Positions 1 through 8,295 of a DNA stretch of 33,100 nucleotides are shown one piece after another. A program made the position numbers and the translations under genes. This DNA comes from Candidatus Planktophila sp. Lineage in GTDB: Bacteria; Actinomycetota; Actinomycetes; Nanopelagicales; Nanopelagicaceae. The first letter of the stretch is position 1. Each line of letters starts with the position of its first letter. The stretch spans positions 1 to 33,100 of the forward strand of contig JBIKPX010000001.1 in NCBI GenBank assembly GCA_044357195.1, given 5' to 3'. Below the pieces are notes generated by a model that ran no database searches, was not told the DNA's origin, and worked only from the letters and a program-made list of their open reading frames with translations.

Positions 1-350
1 CCCCATGGGTTGCAACATCATTTGCAACGTTCCTGCTTGCCTTTGCTGGTATTCCACTTACAAGCGGTTTCATTGGAAAGTTTTCAATTTTCTCAGCTGC
101 TTATGAAAGCGGATCAAAATCAGTTGTTATTGCTGGTGTTCTGTCCAGTGCGATTGCAGCCTTTTTCTATATTCGTGTAATTGTTTTGATGTTTTTTTCA
201 GACCCACTAGAAGATGCAACCAGTGTTGTTATTCCTTCAGCACTTACTCGCATCACGGTGTTGTTCGCTGTCATCGTCACAATCTTCCTAGGAGTCTTTC
301 CATCTCCACTTCTTGATTTCATTAGTAATATCGCGATCTTCATCCGATAA
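1..350 (+). CDS. nuoN: NADH-quinone oxidoreductase subunit N, 3' part (5' end outside window)
   Basis: The frame starting at nt 3 reads PWVATSFATFLLAFAGIPLTSGFIGKFSIF...AIAAFFYIRVIVLMFF...IAIFIR*. The AGIPxTxGFxGK and YxRV motifs are typical of NuoN. Its TAA (348-350) overlaps the next ATG. Not in the ORF track. Confidence 0.92.
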   Translation, partial: PWVATSFATFLLAFAGIPLTSGFIGKFSIFSAAYESGSKSVVIAGVLSSAIAAFFYIRVIVLMFFSDPLEDATSVVIPSALTRITVLFAVIVTIFLGVFPSPLLDFISNIAIFIR

Positions 351-1339
351 TGGCATCGCTAGGAATTCCTGAGATCTCGCCAGAGTTTGAGGCGCAACTC
401 TCTGACGGACTTTCACAAGTAGAAGATCGCTTGCGCGAACAAATTGTTGGTAAATACCCACTCGTTATTGAAACTTCACGCCACCTTGTTGACGCAGGTG
501 GGAAACGACTTCGCCCCTTACTGACATTGATTGCATCTCATTACGGTGACCCAAGTCGTTCACAAATAATTGATGCTGCAGTTGTCTGCGAATTAACCCA
601 CCTCGGTACTTTGTATCACGATGATGTTATGGATGAAGCGCCACTTCGTCGTGGAGTTATGAGTGCCAATACACGTTGGACTAACTCTGTTGCCATCTTG
701 ACCGGTGATTATCTCTTTGCAAAAGTTTCAGATTTGCTTGCTGACATGGGCCCAGAAGCTGTGCGCTTACAAGCACGAACATTTGAACGCCTTGTTATTG
801 GTCAAATCATGGAAACTCAAGGACCAAGCGCCGGTGTTGATGCACTCGAGCACTATCTCAATGTTGTTGCTGATAAAACTGGTTCTCTGATTGCCACCAG
901 TGCACGCTTTGGCGCGCTTCTTTCAGGAGCACCGCGCGACATCATGGAAACACTTACAACCTTTGGCGAAAAGATGGGCGTTGCATTTCAATTAGCTGAT
1001 GACGTCATTGATATTTCAAGTGAATCCTTTGAATCAGGCAAGACTCCAGGCACAGATTTGCGTGAAGGAATTCCAACGCTTGTAACTCTCAATGTTATGA
1101 AATCACATGATTTAGCAGATGCTGAACTTCGTCACTTACTCAGTGGTCCTATTGAAGATGAAGCAACAGTTGCTCAAGTTTTGCGAGAGCTTCGTTCTCA
1201 CAAAGCACTAGATGAGTCACGTTCTCAGTTAGTTTCAATTGCTAAAGAAGCACGCGCCGCACTCGGTCCGCTGCCAGTTGGCGCGCCAACTGGTGCGCTG
1301 TTATCCCTGTGTGACGCTGTTATTGACCGTACGGCTTGA
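350..1339 (+). CDS. Polyprenyl (heptaprenyl-type) diphosphate synthase, menaquinone side chain
   Basis: GGKRLRP motif, first Asp-rich motif HDDVMD..RRG, second motif FQLADDVID, GKTPGTDLREG. Typical position after the nuo operon in actinobacteria. Confidence 0.93.
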   Translation: MASLGIPEISPEFEAQLSDGLSQVEDRLREQIVGKYPLVIETSRHLVDAGGKRLRPLLTLIASHYGDPSRSQIIDAAVVCELTHLGTLYHDDVMDEAPLRRGVMSANTRWTNSVAILTGDYLFAKVSDLLADMGPEAVRLQARTFERLVIGQIMETQGPSAGVDALEHYLNVVADKTGSLIATSARFGALLSGAPRDIMETLTTFGEKMGVAFQLADDVIDISSESFESGKTPGTDLREGIPTLVTLNVMKSHDLADAELRHLLSGPIEDEATVAQVLRELRSHKALDESRSQLVSIAKEARAALGPLPVGAPTGALLSLCDAVIDRTA

Positions 1340-2197
1340 TTTAATTAAATCTATTGCCAGCGTCACAAGTGCGGCCCAAATAATTAAGAATCCGATCCAT
1401 CTGGCTGTTGGCATTTCCTCGTGACGAACCCACACACCAATTGAAAACTGAAGTGTTGGAGTTATGTATTGAAGTAATCCAATAATCGTAAATGGCAAAC
1501 GAGTTGTTGAACCGTTAAACAACAAGAGCGGAATAGAAGTAACAATGCCAGCGCCGATGAGTAAGAGGGATAGACCAAGGGATGAACCAAGTTGTCCGGT
1601 GCCATTTAGTCCGATAAAGATCAGATATCCACCGTAAAAAGGTAGTGAAAGCAATGTTTCGATAGCCAAACCTTCAAGTGCCCCAAGATTTAGTTGCTTC
1701 TTTACAAGACCGTAAGAACCCCAAGAAAACGCTAGTGCCAAAGCAATCCATGGAAGACGTCCATAATCAATAGTTAAGACGATTACACCGATTGCGCCAA
1801 AACTAACTGCAACCCATTGAAGTTTGCGCATTTTTTCGCGCAACGTAATTACACCAAAAGCAATGATGATGAGCGGGTTGATGTAATACCCAAGTGCAGT
1901 TTCAACAACGTGCTCATTGTTTACTCCCCAGATATAAACGAGCCAATTAACTGAGATGAGCCCGGCAGCAAGTAATAACCGAAAAAAGACTTTTGGATTT
2001 TTAAGGAGTGCGTATGTGCTCTTAAGTTGCTTAGCAACTCCAAGTGCAACTAAACAGAAAAAGAGCGACCAGACAGCACGGTGAGAAACAATTTCCATTG
2101 GACTTGCTGGTTGTAAAAGTGGCCAGTACAAGGGGAATGCGCCCCACAAGGTATACGCAGATACACCGAAGACTAATCCGGTTTTATATCTAGACAA
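1301..2197 (-). CDS. rarD: EamA/DMT family transporter RarD
   Basis: AYTLWGAFPLYW, EIVSHRAVWS, LGYYINPL and GLLQYITPTLQF signatures; about 10 TM segments. Confidence 0.92.
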   Translation of the reverse strand: MSRYKTGLVFGVSAYTLWGAFPLYWPLLQPASPMEIVSHRAVWSLFFCLVALGVAKQLKSTYALLKNPKVFFRLLLAAGLISVNWLVYIWGVNNEHVVETALGYYINPLIIIAFGVITLREKMRKLQWVAVSFGAIGVIVLTIDYGRLPWIALALAFSWGSYGLVKKQLNLGALEGLAIETLLSLPFYGGYLIFIGLNGTGQLGSSLGLSLLLIGAGIVTSIPLLLFNGSTTRLPFTIIGLLQYITPTLQFSIGVWVRHEEMPTARWIGFLIIWAALVTLAIDLIKSSRTVNNSVTQG

Positions 2198-2686
2198 TTA
2201 ACGAAAATTCGTAAATTGAACTGCAAAATCCCATGCACCATCTTTTACAAGCGCCATGGCTGTCTGTAAATCATCGCGACTCTTGCTTGTGACGCGAAGT
2301 TCATCTCCTTGGATCTGAGTCTTAAGTGACTTAGGACCGTCATCACGTAAAAACTTTGCAACCTTTTTAGCATTCTCAGTTGAGATACCTTCTTTAAGGG
2401 GTGCAGCAATTTTGTAGATCTTTCCACTGAGCTGTGGCGCTCCAGCATCTAAATGCTTAAGAGAAACACCGCGTTTAATCATCTTGTCTTTAACGACATC
2501 CAAAGCGGCTTTAGCGCGTTCTTCGGTATCTGCTTCGATGCTAATTACTTCGCCTTTGAGTTCGATTGAAGAACCTGTGTTCTTAAAATCAAAGCGCGTA
2601 TCGATTTCGCGGATTGCTTGATTAATCGCATTATCTAATTCCATGCGATCTATCTTGGATGTGATGTCAAAACTGCTGTCAGCCAT
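2198..2686 (-). CDS. yajQ: YajQ family nucleotide/c-di-GMP-binding protein
   Basis: SSFDITSKID, NAINQA..RFDFK, QIQGDELRV..KSRDDLQ and QFTNFR C-terminus. Confidence 0.95.
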   Translation of the reverse strand: MADSSFDITSKIDRMELDNAINQAIREIDTRFDFKNTGSSIELKGEVISIEADTEERAKAALDVVKDKMIKRGVSLKHLDAGAPQLSGKIYKIAAPLKEGISTENAKKVAKFLRDDGPKSLKTQIQGDELRVTSKSRDDLQTAMALVKDGAWDFAVQFTNFR

Positions 2687-2752
2687 TCAGTCATCTTATC
2701 TTCTCACCCGAAAAGTTATGAAATTCTTGCATCCGTAGACTAGATTTTCACC

Positions 2753-3628
2753 ATGTTTCGAGTACGTCTGTGCCTCTTACTCTTAGTGCTCAGTGTTCTC
2801 CCAATTTCACAATCACAGGCAGCCGATGTTGTTTATCCAGGAGATCGACCATTCACATTGGTTTTGCCAAATAATTATCAACCCGGCACTCCTGCTCCAT
2901 TAATCATCGCTCTACATGGATACACGGCAAATACTCCGTATGCCGATAGTTATTTCCAACTAAGCAAAGCGGCAGATCAAAAAGGAATTTTGACTGTTTA
3001 TCCCAGTGGAAGCAAAGATTCCAATGGCTTTCTTTTCTGGAATGCAACGCCTGCTTGTTGCAACTTTGATTCAAGCACTGTCGATGACGAAGCGTATTTA
3101 TTAAGCATTATTGATTTAGTTTCCAAAGATCATGCCGTAGACCCTGCCCGTGTTTACATTATTGGGCATTCAAATGGTGGCTTCATGGCTCATCGAATGG
3201 CGTGCAATCAATCGGATAGAATTGCCGCAATTGTTAGTTTGGCGGGTATGACGTATTCAAATCCAAAGAGTTGTAGACCAACTTCACCTGTGAGCGTCTT
3301 GCAAATCCACGGCAGCAATGATGCTGTCATTACATATACAGGCGGATATTTATTTGGCAGCGCATATCCCTCTGCACGAAAAACAATTGATCTTTGGGGC
3401 AAACTAAATGAGTGTGGCAAAAAAGCCTATCGAGTTCTGCCACGACTTGATTTAGATCGCAAATTAGCTGGAGCAGAAACTACAGTCCTTAGATATAAAG
3501 GATGCAAAACAGGTGCTACCTCTGAAATGTGGACGATAAATAAAGGCAAACACTCTCCTGAGCTCTCTGCTACCTTTGCAGAAAGCGTTGTTAATTTCCT
3601 ACTTAGTCGACCAAAGAAGAGTGAATGA
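2753..3628 (+). CDS. Secreted alpha/beta-hydrolase esterase (PHB-depolymerase/LpqC-like family)
   Basis: Signal peptide ending SQA; PLIIALHG oxyanion motif; nucleophile elbow GHSNGG; WNATPACC; IHGSND; GKH catalytic His region. Confidence 0.8.
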   Translation: MFRVRLCLLLLVLSVLPISQSQAADVVYPGDRPFTLVLPNNYQPGTPAPLIIALHGYTANTPYADSYFQLSKAADQKGILTVYPSGSKDSNGFLFWNATPACCNFDSSTVDDEAYLLSIIDLVSKDHAVDPARVYIIGHSNGGFMAHRMACNQSDRIAAIVSLAGMTYSNPKSCRPTSPVSVLQIHGSNDAVITYTGGYLFGSAYPSARKTIDLWGKLNECGKKAYRVLPRLDLDRKLAGAETTVLRYKGCKTGATSEMWTINKGKHSPELSATFAESVVNFLLSRPKKSE

Positions 3629-4143
3629 AAAAAATACTTGTTTTATCTGTTGTGACCCTCTTAAGTTTTCTGATGCCAGCTGCTCTGGCTCACTCGGAGC
3701 TGGTCTCATCTAACCCAAGTGCTTCAGCAAATATTGAGCAATTACCAGAACAAATAGAACTTGAATTTAATGAAGAATTATTGAATTTAGGTTCTGGCAA
3801 CTCAATTTCGATTATGACCCCAAGTGGTGAAGACATCGGCATGGGGGATGCGAGTACAGAAGGTGCAAAAATAAATCGTTTGCTCAATACAACTTCTGAG
3901 ACTGGGCAATTCCAAGTTACGTATCGAGTCGCATCGGCTGACGGTCACGTGCTTAATGGAAGTTTCACATTTAATTTAAGCGAAGCTGTAGTTCCAATAA
4001 CTCAGAATGAAAGTGCAGTAGATGCCGAATCTGGATCAAATCTTCTTGTAAATTCCGTTATAGGAATCATTGGCTTTGGCGCGCTTCTCTTAATCGAGTT
4101 GGCCCGGCGCTCAAGAAAACGACGAATTACCTCTACCGATTAA
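3625..4143 (+). CDS. copC: CopC family copper-binding protein with C-terminal membrane anchor
   Basis: Signal peptide ALA|HSELVSSNP (mature N-terminal His), LEFNE, YRVASADGH..GSFTF, then a TM helix and basic tail. ATGA overlap with the esterase stop. Confidence 0.88.
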   Translation: MKKILVLSVVTLLSFLMPAALAHSELVSSNPSASANIEQLPEQIELEFNEELLNLGSGNSISIMTPSGEDIGMGDASTEGAKINRLLNTTSETGQFQVTYRVASADGHVLNGSFTFNLSEAVVPITQNESAVDAESGSNLLVNSVIGIIGFGALLLIELARRSRKRRITSTD

Positions 4144-4182
4144 TTTAAGGTAATCTTCGCTCGCCGTAAAACGTTCGACCTT

Positions 4183-4267
4183 GGCGGGTTGCCCGAGCGG
4201 CCAATGGGAGGGGACTGTAAATCCCCCGGCTCTGCCTTCGAAGGTTCAAATCCTTCACCCGCCACCA
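4183..4267 (+). tRNA. tRNA-Tyr (GTA), CCA encoded
   Basis: Acceptor stem GGCGGGT/ACCCGCC, discriminator A, CCA; anticodon arm GGGGA-CTGTAAA-TCCCC; variable arm GGC-TCT-GCC; T arm GAAGG-TTCAAAT-CCTTC. Confidence 0.97.
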
Positions 4268-4279
4268 GCAAGAAGAACT

Positions 4280-4780
4280 TTATTTAGAAGTGCCAGACTT
4301 ACGAGCTGCGCGAGATAAAAATAATGCAAAGACAAGGGCTAACACGATTCCAGTGTTAACACCCATTTCTGTTAGCGCCCGGTTGAAATATTCTTCGGTT
4401 TTTTCTTTTTCCATCGTTAGCGATGCTCCGACTGTCAGGATGTGTCGAACCGCTGCGATAACTCCAATGATTAAGAAGTTATCCAGTTGGAAAATACCAT
4501 CAGTAAATCTAACGATGACCGTTCTCATAATTTCTAGAATGATGATTACAAAGAGAATGTCATTAATTCCTTGGATCATTCCTAGCGGAAAGAATGGACG
4601 AGTTTCTATGAGGCGTTGAAGGGTGTAACCAGCAGCCAAGATAGAAATAACAAACAAAAGTATTCCTAGAAAACCATGCAAAATATCTTCAAGTTTATCG
4701 ATGAAAGTTACAGGGATGAGTGACTCATCTTTTGTCAGTAAACCCTTAACTGATTTGTACTTCATATCGACCGCCCTCAC
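4280..4780 (-). CDS. Phosphate-starvation-inducible PsiE-like membrane protein
   Basis: Four TM helices; ILFVIIILEIMRTV and FLIIGVIAAVRHIL match the PsiE family pattern. The start may be ATG at 4765 (GAGGG upstream). Confidence 0.75.
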   Translation of the reverse strand: MRAVDMKYKSVKGLLTKDESLIPVTFIDKLEDILHGFLGILLFVISILAAGYTLQRLIETRPFFPLGMIQGINDILFVIIILEIMRTVIVRFTDGIFQLDNFLIIGVIAAVRHILTVGASLTMEKEKTEEYFNRALTEMGVNTGIVLALVFALFLSRAARKSGTSK

Positions 4781-4850
4781 TAGATATGCTCAAGGGTAAA
4801 TGCAGCCTTGCACTCTCGCAATATCTAGGGCTAAATGCCCTGCAATTGTT

Positions 4851-4882
4851 CCCTGGCTCTGCCCCAGATGGTTCAAATCCTT
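4851..4882 (+). repeat. Degenerate direct repeat of the tRNA-Tyr variable arm + T arm (att-like remnant)
   Basis: CCCTGGCTCTGCCCCAGATGGTTCAAATCCTT vs tRNA 4224-4255 CCCCGGCTCTGCCTTCGAAGGTTCAAATCCTT: 27/32 identical, ungapped. Confidence 0.75.
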
Positions 4883-4917
4883 GAGTGAAGCGTGGCTTTT
4901 TGCATATAACTCGCGTG

Positions 4918-4946
4918 TAGACATTGATAACTCCTCTTTATATTCT
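4918..4946 (+). promoter_or_regulatory. Putative sigma-A promoter of the ABC transporter operon
   Basis: TAGACA (4918-4923), 17 bp, TATTCT (4941-4946). SD GAGGAG precedes GTG 4980. Confidence 0.5.
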
Positions 4947-4979
4947 TTGCTCATAACAATCCACCTAAGAGGAGAACTT

Positions 4980-5828
4980 GTGAAAAAGCGTTTTGGAATT
5001 TTTTCAGCTGTCGTAATTGCTGCAGCACTAACACTTACAGGATGTTCATCATCTGACTCTGCAACAACAGAAACAGCCGCATCATGTGCAAAGGCTGATC
5101 TTGCAACAGTTACTGCAGGTAAATTAACTATCGCCACTGGCGAACCTGCTTACTATCCATGGGTTATGGATGACAAGCCAGAATCTGGCGAAGGCTTCGA
5201 AGGCGCAGTCGCATATGCAGTAGCAACACAACTCGGATTTACAAATGAAGAAGTTGTATGGGTTCGCACAACATTTGATTCTGCTGTAACACCAGGAGAA
5301 AAGAACTTCGACTTTAACTTGCAGCAATTCTCAATTACAGATGAGCGCAAGACTGCAGTTGATTTCTCATCCCCTTATTACACAGCGCCACAAGCAATCG
5401 TTTCCTTCAAGGGAAGCAAGATTGATGGAAAGACTTCACTTGCAGACCTCAAGGGCGCAAAGCTCGGAGCTGCAGTTGGAACAACATCACTTGATGCAAT
5501 TGAAAACCAGATTGGTGCAAAGCCACAGGTATTTAATGACAATGCAGCAGGTGTATCAGCACTAAAGAATAAGCAGATTGATGGATTAGTTGTTGATCTT
5601 CCAACAGCGTTCTACCTATCTGGTGTTGAAGTTCCTAATGGTCTAATCGTTGGTCAACTTCCTTCTACTGGAAGCGGAGACCAATTTGGTCTCTTGCTAA
5701 CAAAGGGCAGTGCATTAACTTCATGTGTATCAGGTGCGGTCGATGCAATCACATCTGATGGAACACTGGCTGCAATCACTGATAAGTGGCTTGCAACTGA
5801 TGCTGGCGCGCCAGTATTAAAGCCATAA
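4980..5828 (+). CDS. Polar amino-acid ABC transporter substrate-binding lipoprotein (SBP family 3)
   Basis: GTG at 4980 after AGAGGAG; lipobox LTGC; GKLTIAT, SITDERKTAVDFSSPYY, DGTLAAITDKW. Confidence 0.9.
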   Translation: MKKRFGIFSAVVIAAALTLTGCSSSDSATTETAASCAKADLATVTAGKLTIATGEPAYYPWVMDDKPESGEGFEGAVAYAVATQLGFTNEEVVWVRTTFDSAVTPGEKNFDFNLQQFSITDERKTAVDFSSPYYTAPQAIVSFKGSKIDGKTSLADLKGAKLGAAVGTTSLDAIENQIGAKPQVFNDNAAGVSALKNKQIDGLVVDLPTAFYLSGVEVPNGLIVGQLPSTGSGDQFGLLLTKGSALTSCVSGAVDAITSDGTLAAITDKWLATDAGAPVLKP

Positions 5829-5865
5829 GTTAAAAACAAGAAGTAAACACGGTAGTTTGGCGGCC

Positions 5866-6732
5866 ATGACAGAGAGAAATAACTCTGCGTGGTCGCCAAG
5901 CTCACGTGAATTAGAGCGCCAAGGATCGCGTCGAGCAATTAACCGCAAGCAAGTTCTTATTGCTGCGGCTTCTTCTTTGTTTGTTCTAGGGACTCTCGCC
6001 GTAGTTCTGGTTACTTCCCCTGGTTGGCAAACGGTTAAGAGTACTTTTTTTGATATTGAATACGGCAAAGAAGTACTTCCAAAAGTATTACAAGGCTTAT
6101 GGATCAACCTTCAACTTACTTTTATTGGTGGCGCTGCCATCGGTGTAATTGCATTGGGCCTAGCCCTATTGCGCACAACAAAGTCACCAACGCTTACTCC
6201 ATTTAGATTTTTAGCAACCGCCTACGTCGATATCTTTCGTGGTGCCCCACTTATTTTGATTATTTTACTTGTTGGCTTCGGCGTTCCAGCACTTGGCTTA
6301 AAAGGAATTTCTAGCAATGTAATCTTCCTTGGAACAGTGGCAGTTGTCCTTACATACTCTGCATACGTTGCTGAAGTTATTCGAAGTGGAATTCTTTCTA
6401 TTCACCCAAGCCAACGCGCAGCCGCAAGATCACTCGGTCTGTCATCAGGTCAAACGATGCGTTATGTGGTTTTACCTCAGGCAATCAGGCGAGTTGTTCC
6501 ACCACTTTTAAATGACTTTGTATCTCTACTTAAAGACACCGGCCTTGTTTCAATCCTTGGTGTGACCGATGCGGTGCGTGCGGCGCAAATTAATGCAAGC
6601 CGCACATTTAATTACACACCATATGTTGTTGCTGCAATCTTGTTCTTGCTGATTACTATCCCAATGACTCGTTATACAGACAGAGCCATTAGACAGCGTA
6701 CAAATGCGCAGAGCTCAGAAGGTGCTATCTAA
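5866..6732 (+). CDS. Polar amino-acid ABC transporter permease
   Basis: YVDIFRGAPL, AYVAEVIRSGI, EAA-like loop AARSLGLS..YVVLPQA, LLKDTGL. ATG 5866 preferred over TTG 5857. Confidence 0.92.
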   Translation: MTERNNSAWSPSSRELERQGSRRAINRKQVLIAAASSLFVLGTLAVVLVTSPGWQTVKSTFFDIEYGKEVLPKVLQGLWINLQLTFIGGAAIGVIALGLALLRTTKSPTLTPFRFLATAYVDIFRGAPLILIILLVGFGVPALGLKGISSNVIFLGTVAVVLTYSAYVAEVIRSGILSIHPSQRAAARSLGLSSGQTMRYVVLPQAIRRVVPPLLNDFVSLLKDTGLVSILGVTDAVRAAQINASRTFNYTPYVVAAILFLLITIPMTRYTDRAIRQRTNAQSSEGAI

Positions 6733-7478
6733 TGAGCAATGTCCTAGAGCTAAAAAGCGTTCGTAAATCTTTTGGTGCTGAAGTAGTTCTTAACAACCTC
6801 TCACTTGTTGTTCCCGAACACACCGCAACAGTTCTTATCGGTGCATCAGGCTCTGGTAAATCAACCTTGCTGCGTTGCATCAATTTGCTTGAAACTATTG
6901 ATGATGGACAGATTCTGCTCGATGGAAAAGAAATATCTGATCCGCTGATAAATGTCGACGACGTACGACGCAAGCTAGGAATGGTTTTTCAGTCCTTTAA
7001 CCTATTCCCACACAAAACTGTTTTAGAAAACATCACACTTGCACCGGTAAAAGTTCAAGGCAAATCAGTCGAAGAAGCGCGTATTGCAGCAATGGCTCTG
7101 CTTACTCGCTTTGATTTAGCGGATAAGGCAGATCAATACCCAGATCGTTTATCTGGTGGACAACAACAGCGTGTGGCGATCATTCGCTCATTAGCAGTTA
7201 ATCCGCGTCTCTTATTACTCGATGAAATCACTTCAGCGTTAGATCCAGTACTTGTTAATGAAGTGCTCAGCATTGTTCGAGACCTTAAGCACGATGGAAT
7301 GACAATGGTTCTTGCCACCCACGAAATGGGTTTTGCTACACAAGTAGCCGATGAAGTCTGTTTCCTAGAATCTGGAAACATTCTCGAAAGAGGTAGTGCT
7401 GAAGCCGTGCTGCGTAATCCAACGAATCCAAAGACCCAAGAGTTTCTAAAGCGAGTTCATCAAGCTGGAAGATTATAA
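6732..7478 (+). CDS. Polar amino-acid ABC transporter ATP-binding protein (GlnQ-like)
   Basis: Walker A GASGSGKS, signature LSGGQQQRVA, Walker B LLLDE, SALDP, THEMGFA. Confidence 0.95.
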   Translation: MSNVLELKSVRKSFGAEVVLNNLSLVVPEHTATVLIGASGSGKSTLLRCINLLETIDDGQILLDGKEISDPLINVDDVRRKLGMVFQSFNLFPHKTVLENITLAPVKVQGKSVEEARIAAMALLTRFDLADKADQYPDRLSGGQQQRVAIIRSLAVNPRLLLLDEITSALDPVLVNEVLSIVRDLKHDGMTMVLATHEMGFATQVADEVCFLESGNILERGSAEAVLRNPTNPKTQEFLKRVHQAGRL

Positions 7479-7484
7479 AAAGAT

Positions 7485-7523
7485 AACGTCCACCATTTCT
7501 AGTCAAGAGAAATGATGGACGTT
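7485..7523. terminator. Hairpin between convergent genes (probable bidirectional terminator)
   Basis: AACGTCCACCATTTCT-agtcaag-AGAAATGATGGACGTT: 16-bp stem with one mismatch. Confidence 0.65.
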
Positions 7524-7538
7524 TCGCCCCTCAGCGAT

Positions 7539-8048
7539 CTATCTTTGAAATGCAGCTAAGTGATTCTCAGAACCCTTTTTAAGGTTTGCAAGTGTCAATT
7601 TAATATCTGCTTTTTTAACTGTCTTAGCTAGTGTTGCTAAATCAGCTAAATCCTTCTTTTCAATCAAGATGCCTACGGAAATAGCATCAAGTTCTGATAA
7701 CTTTCCTTTTGCTACAAGTGTTTTATACAAAGCAGTTAAGGATTTATCGGTAAATTCTCCAGCCGCCTTGCCTATGGTTGGATTCTTAATGCCGTAAGTT
7801 TTCAGTAAAACTGCAACGGCATCCATGTGTGTTTGTTCTGAACCAGAAATATTCTTAAATTTTGGACTGACTGAAACAGCATCAAGGGCTGCATAAACGT
7901 CGCGTGCCAATTTTTCTTCTTCTACTAGGTAGAGGAGCTGTGCTTTAGTAGTGGCACTTACTGTAGGGGTCGCCGCTTGGGCAGGAAGAACCGTAGCGAT
8001 CACCGCGATCCCGATAAGTGATGCGAGGGTTTTGACTGTGGTTCTCAT
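7539..8048 (-). CDS. Exported ferritin-like DUF2202 protein
   Basis: EEKLARDVY, SEQTH, IEKKDLADL and GSENHLAAF give ferritin-like E / ExxH / E / ExxH-type ligands characteristic of DUF2202. Signal peptide ends AQA. ATG 8048 follows GGAG. Confidence 0.8.
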   Translation of the reverse strand: MRTTVKTLASLIGIAVIATVLPAQAATPTVSATTKAQLLYLVEEEKLARDVYAALDAVSVSPKFKNISGSEQTHMDAVAVLLKTYGIKNPTIGKAAGEFTDKSLTALYKTLVAKGKLSELDAISVGILIEKKDLADLATLAKTVKKADIKLTLANLKKGSENHLAAFQR

Positions 8049-8090
8049 AAGGACTCCATTCATTTGTACTCCGCTGGAATATCCAGTAAC

Positions 8091-8122
8091 TTGACTATAC
8101 CCCTAGGGGTATATAGGCTCAA
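8091..8122. promoter_or_regulatory. Overlapping divergent promoters containing a CsoR/CstR-family operator
   Basis: Perfect palindrome TATACCCCTAGGGGTATA (8096-8113). Plus strand: TTGACT (8091-96), 17 bp, TAGGCT (8114-19). Minus strand: TTGAGC (8122-17), 17 bp, TATAGT (8099-94). Confidence 0.85.
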
Positions 8123-8156
8123 GCCAATAGATACCAAAAAGATGGAGGCAGCACTC

Positions 8157-8270
8157 ATGTGTTCACAAGTTATGTGTCAGATATGCAAGAAACCAACGTG
8201 GTCCGGTTGTGGAGAACATATTGAAGAAGCACTCATAAATGTTCCAGAGCAAGACCGTTGCAAGTGTTAA
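8157..8270 (+). CDS. Cys/His-rich microprotein A (37 aa), function unknown
   Basis: SD GGAGG at 8144-8148; MCSQVMCQICKKPTWSGCGEHIEEALINVPEQDRCKC; paralog at 10629. Confidence 0.85.
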   Translation: MCSQVMCQICKKPTWSGCGEHIEEALINVPEQDRCKC

Positions 8271-8295
8271 TTAGAAAATTCCAGAGGAGTTTGTA

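Noticed and set aside
1301-1339. 39-bp convergent overlap of the polyprenyl synthase and rarD genes (also adnB/EEP and moeA/small ORF)
   Set aside because: Short tail-to-tail overlaps are ordinary in compact genomes; both proteins appear complete.
4830-4900. Second functional tRNA, T-box or riboswitch upstream of the amino-acid transporter
   Set aside because: No acceptor or D stem can be built, the T stem is broken, I recognise no T-box or riboswitch consensus, and the segment lies upstream of the predicted promoter.
4800-4979. 60-aa N-terminal extension of the SBP in the ORF track
   Set aside because: GTG 4980 has a strong SD and begins a normal lipoprotein signal; the upstream region holds the promoter and the tRNA remnant.
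8064-8156. 68-aa version of microprotein A starting at TTG 8064
   Set aside because: It runs through the operator and promoter; the SD and the paralog alignment both place the start at ATG 8157.
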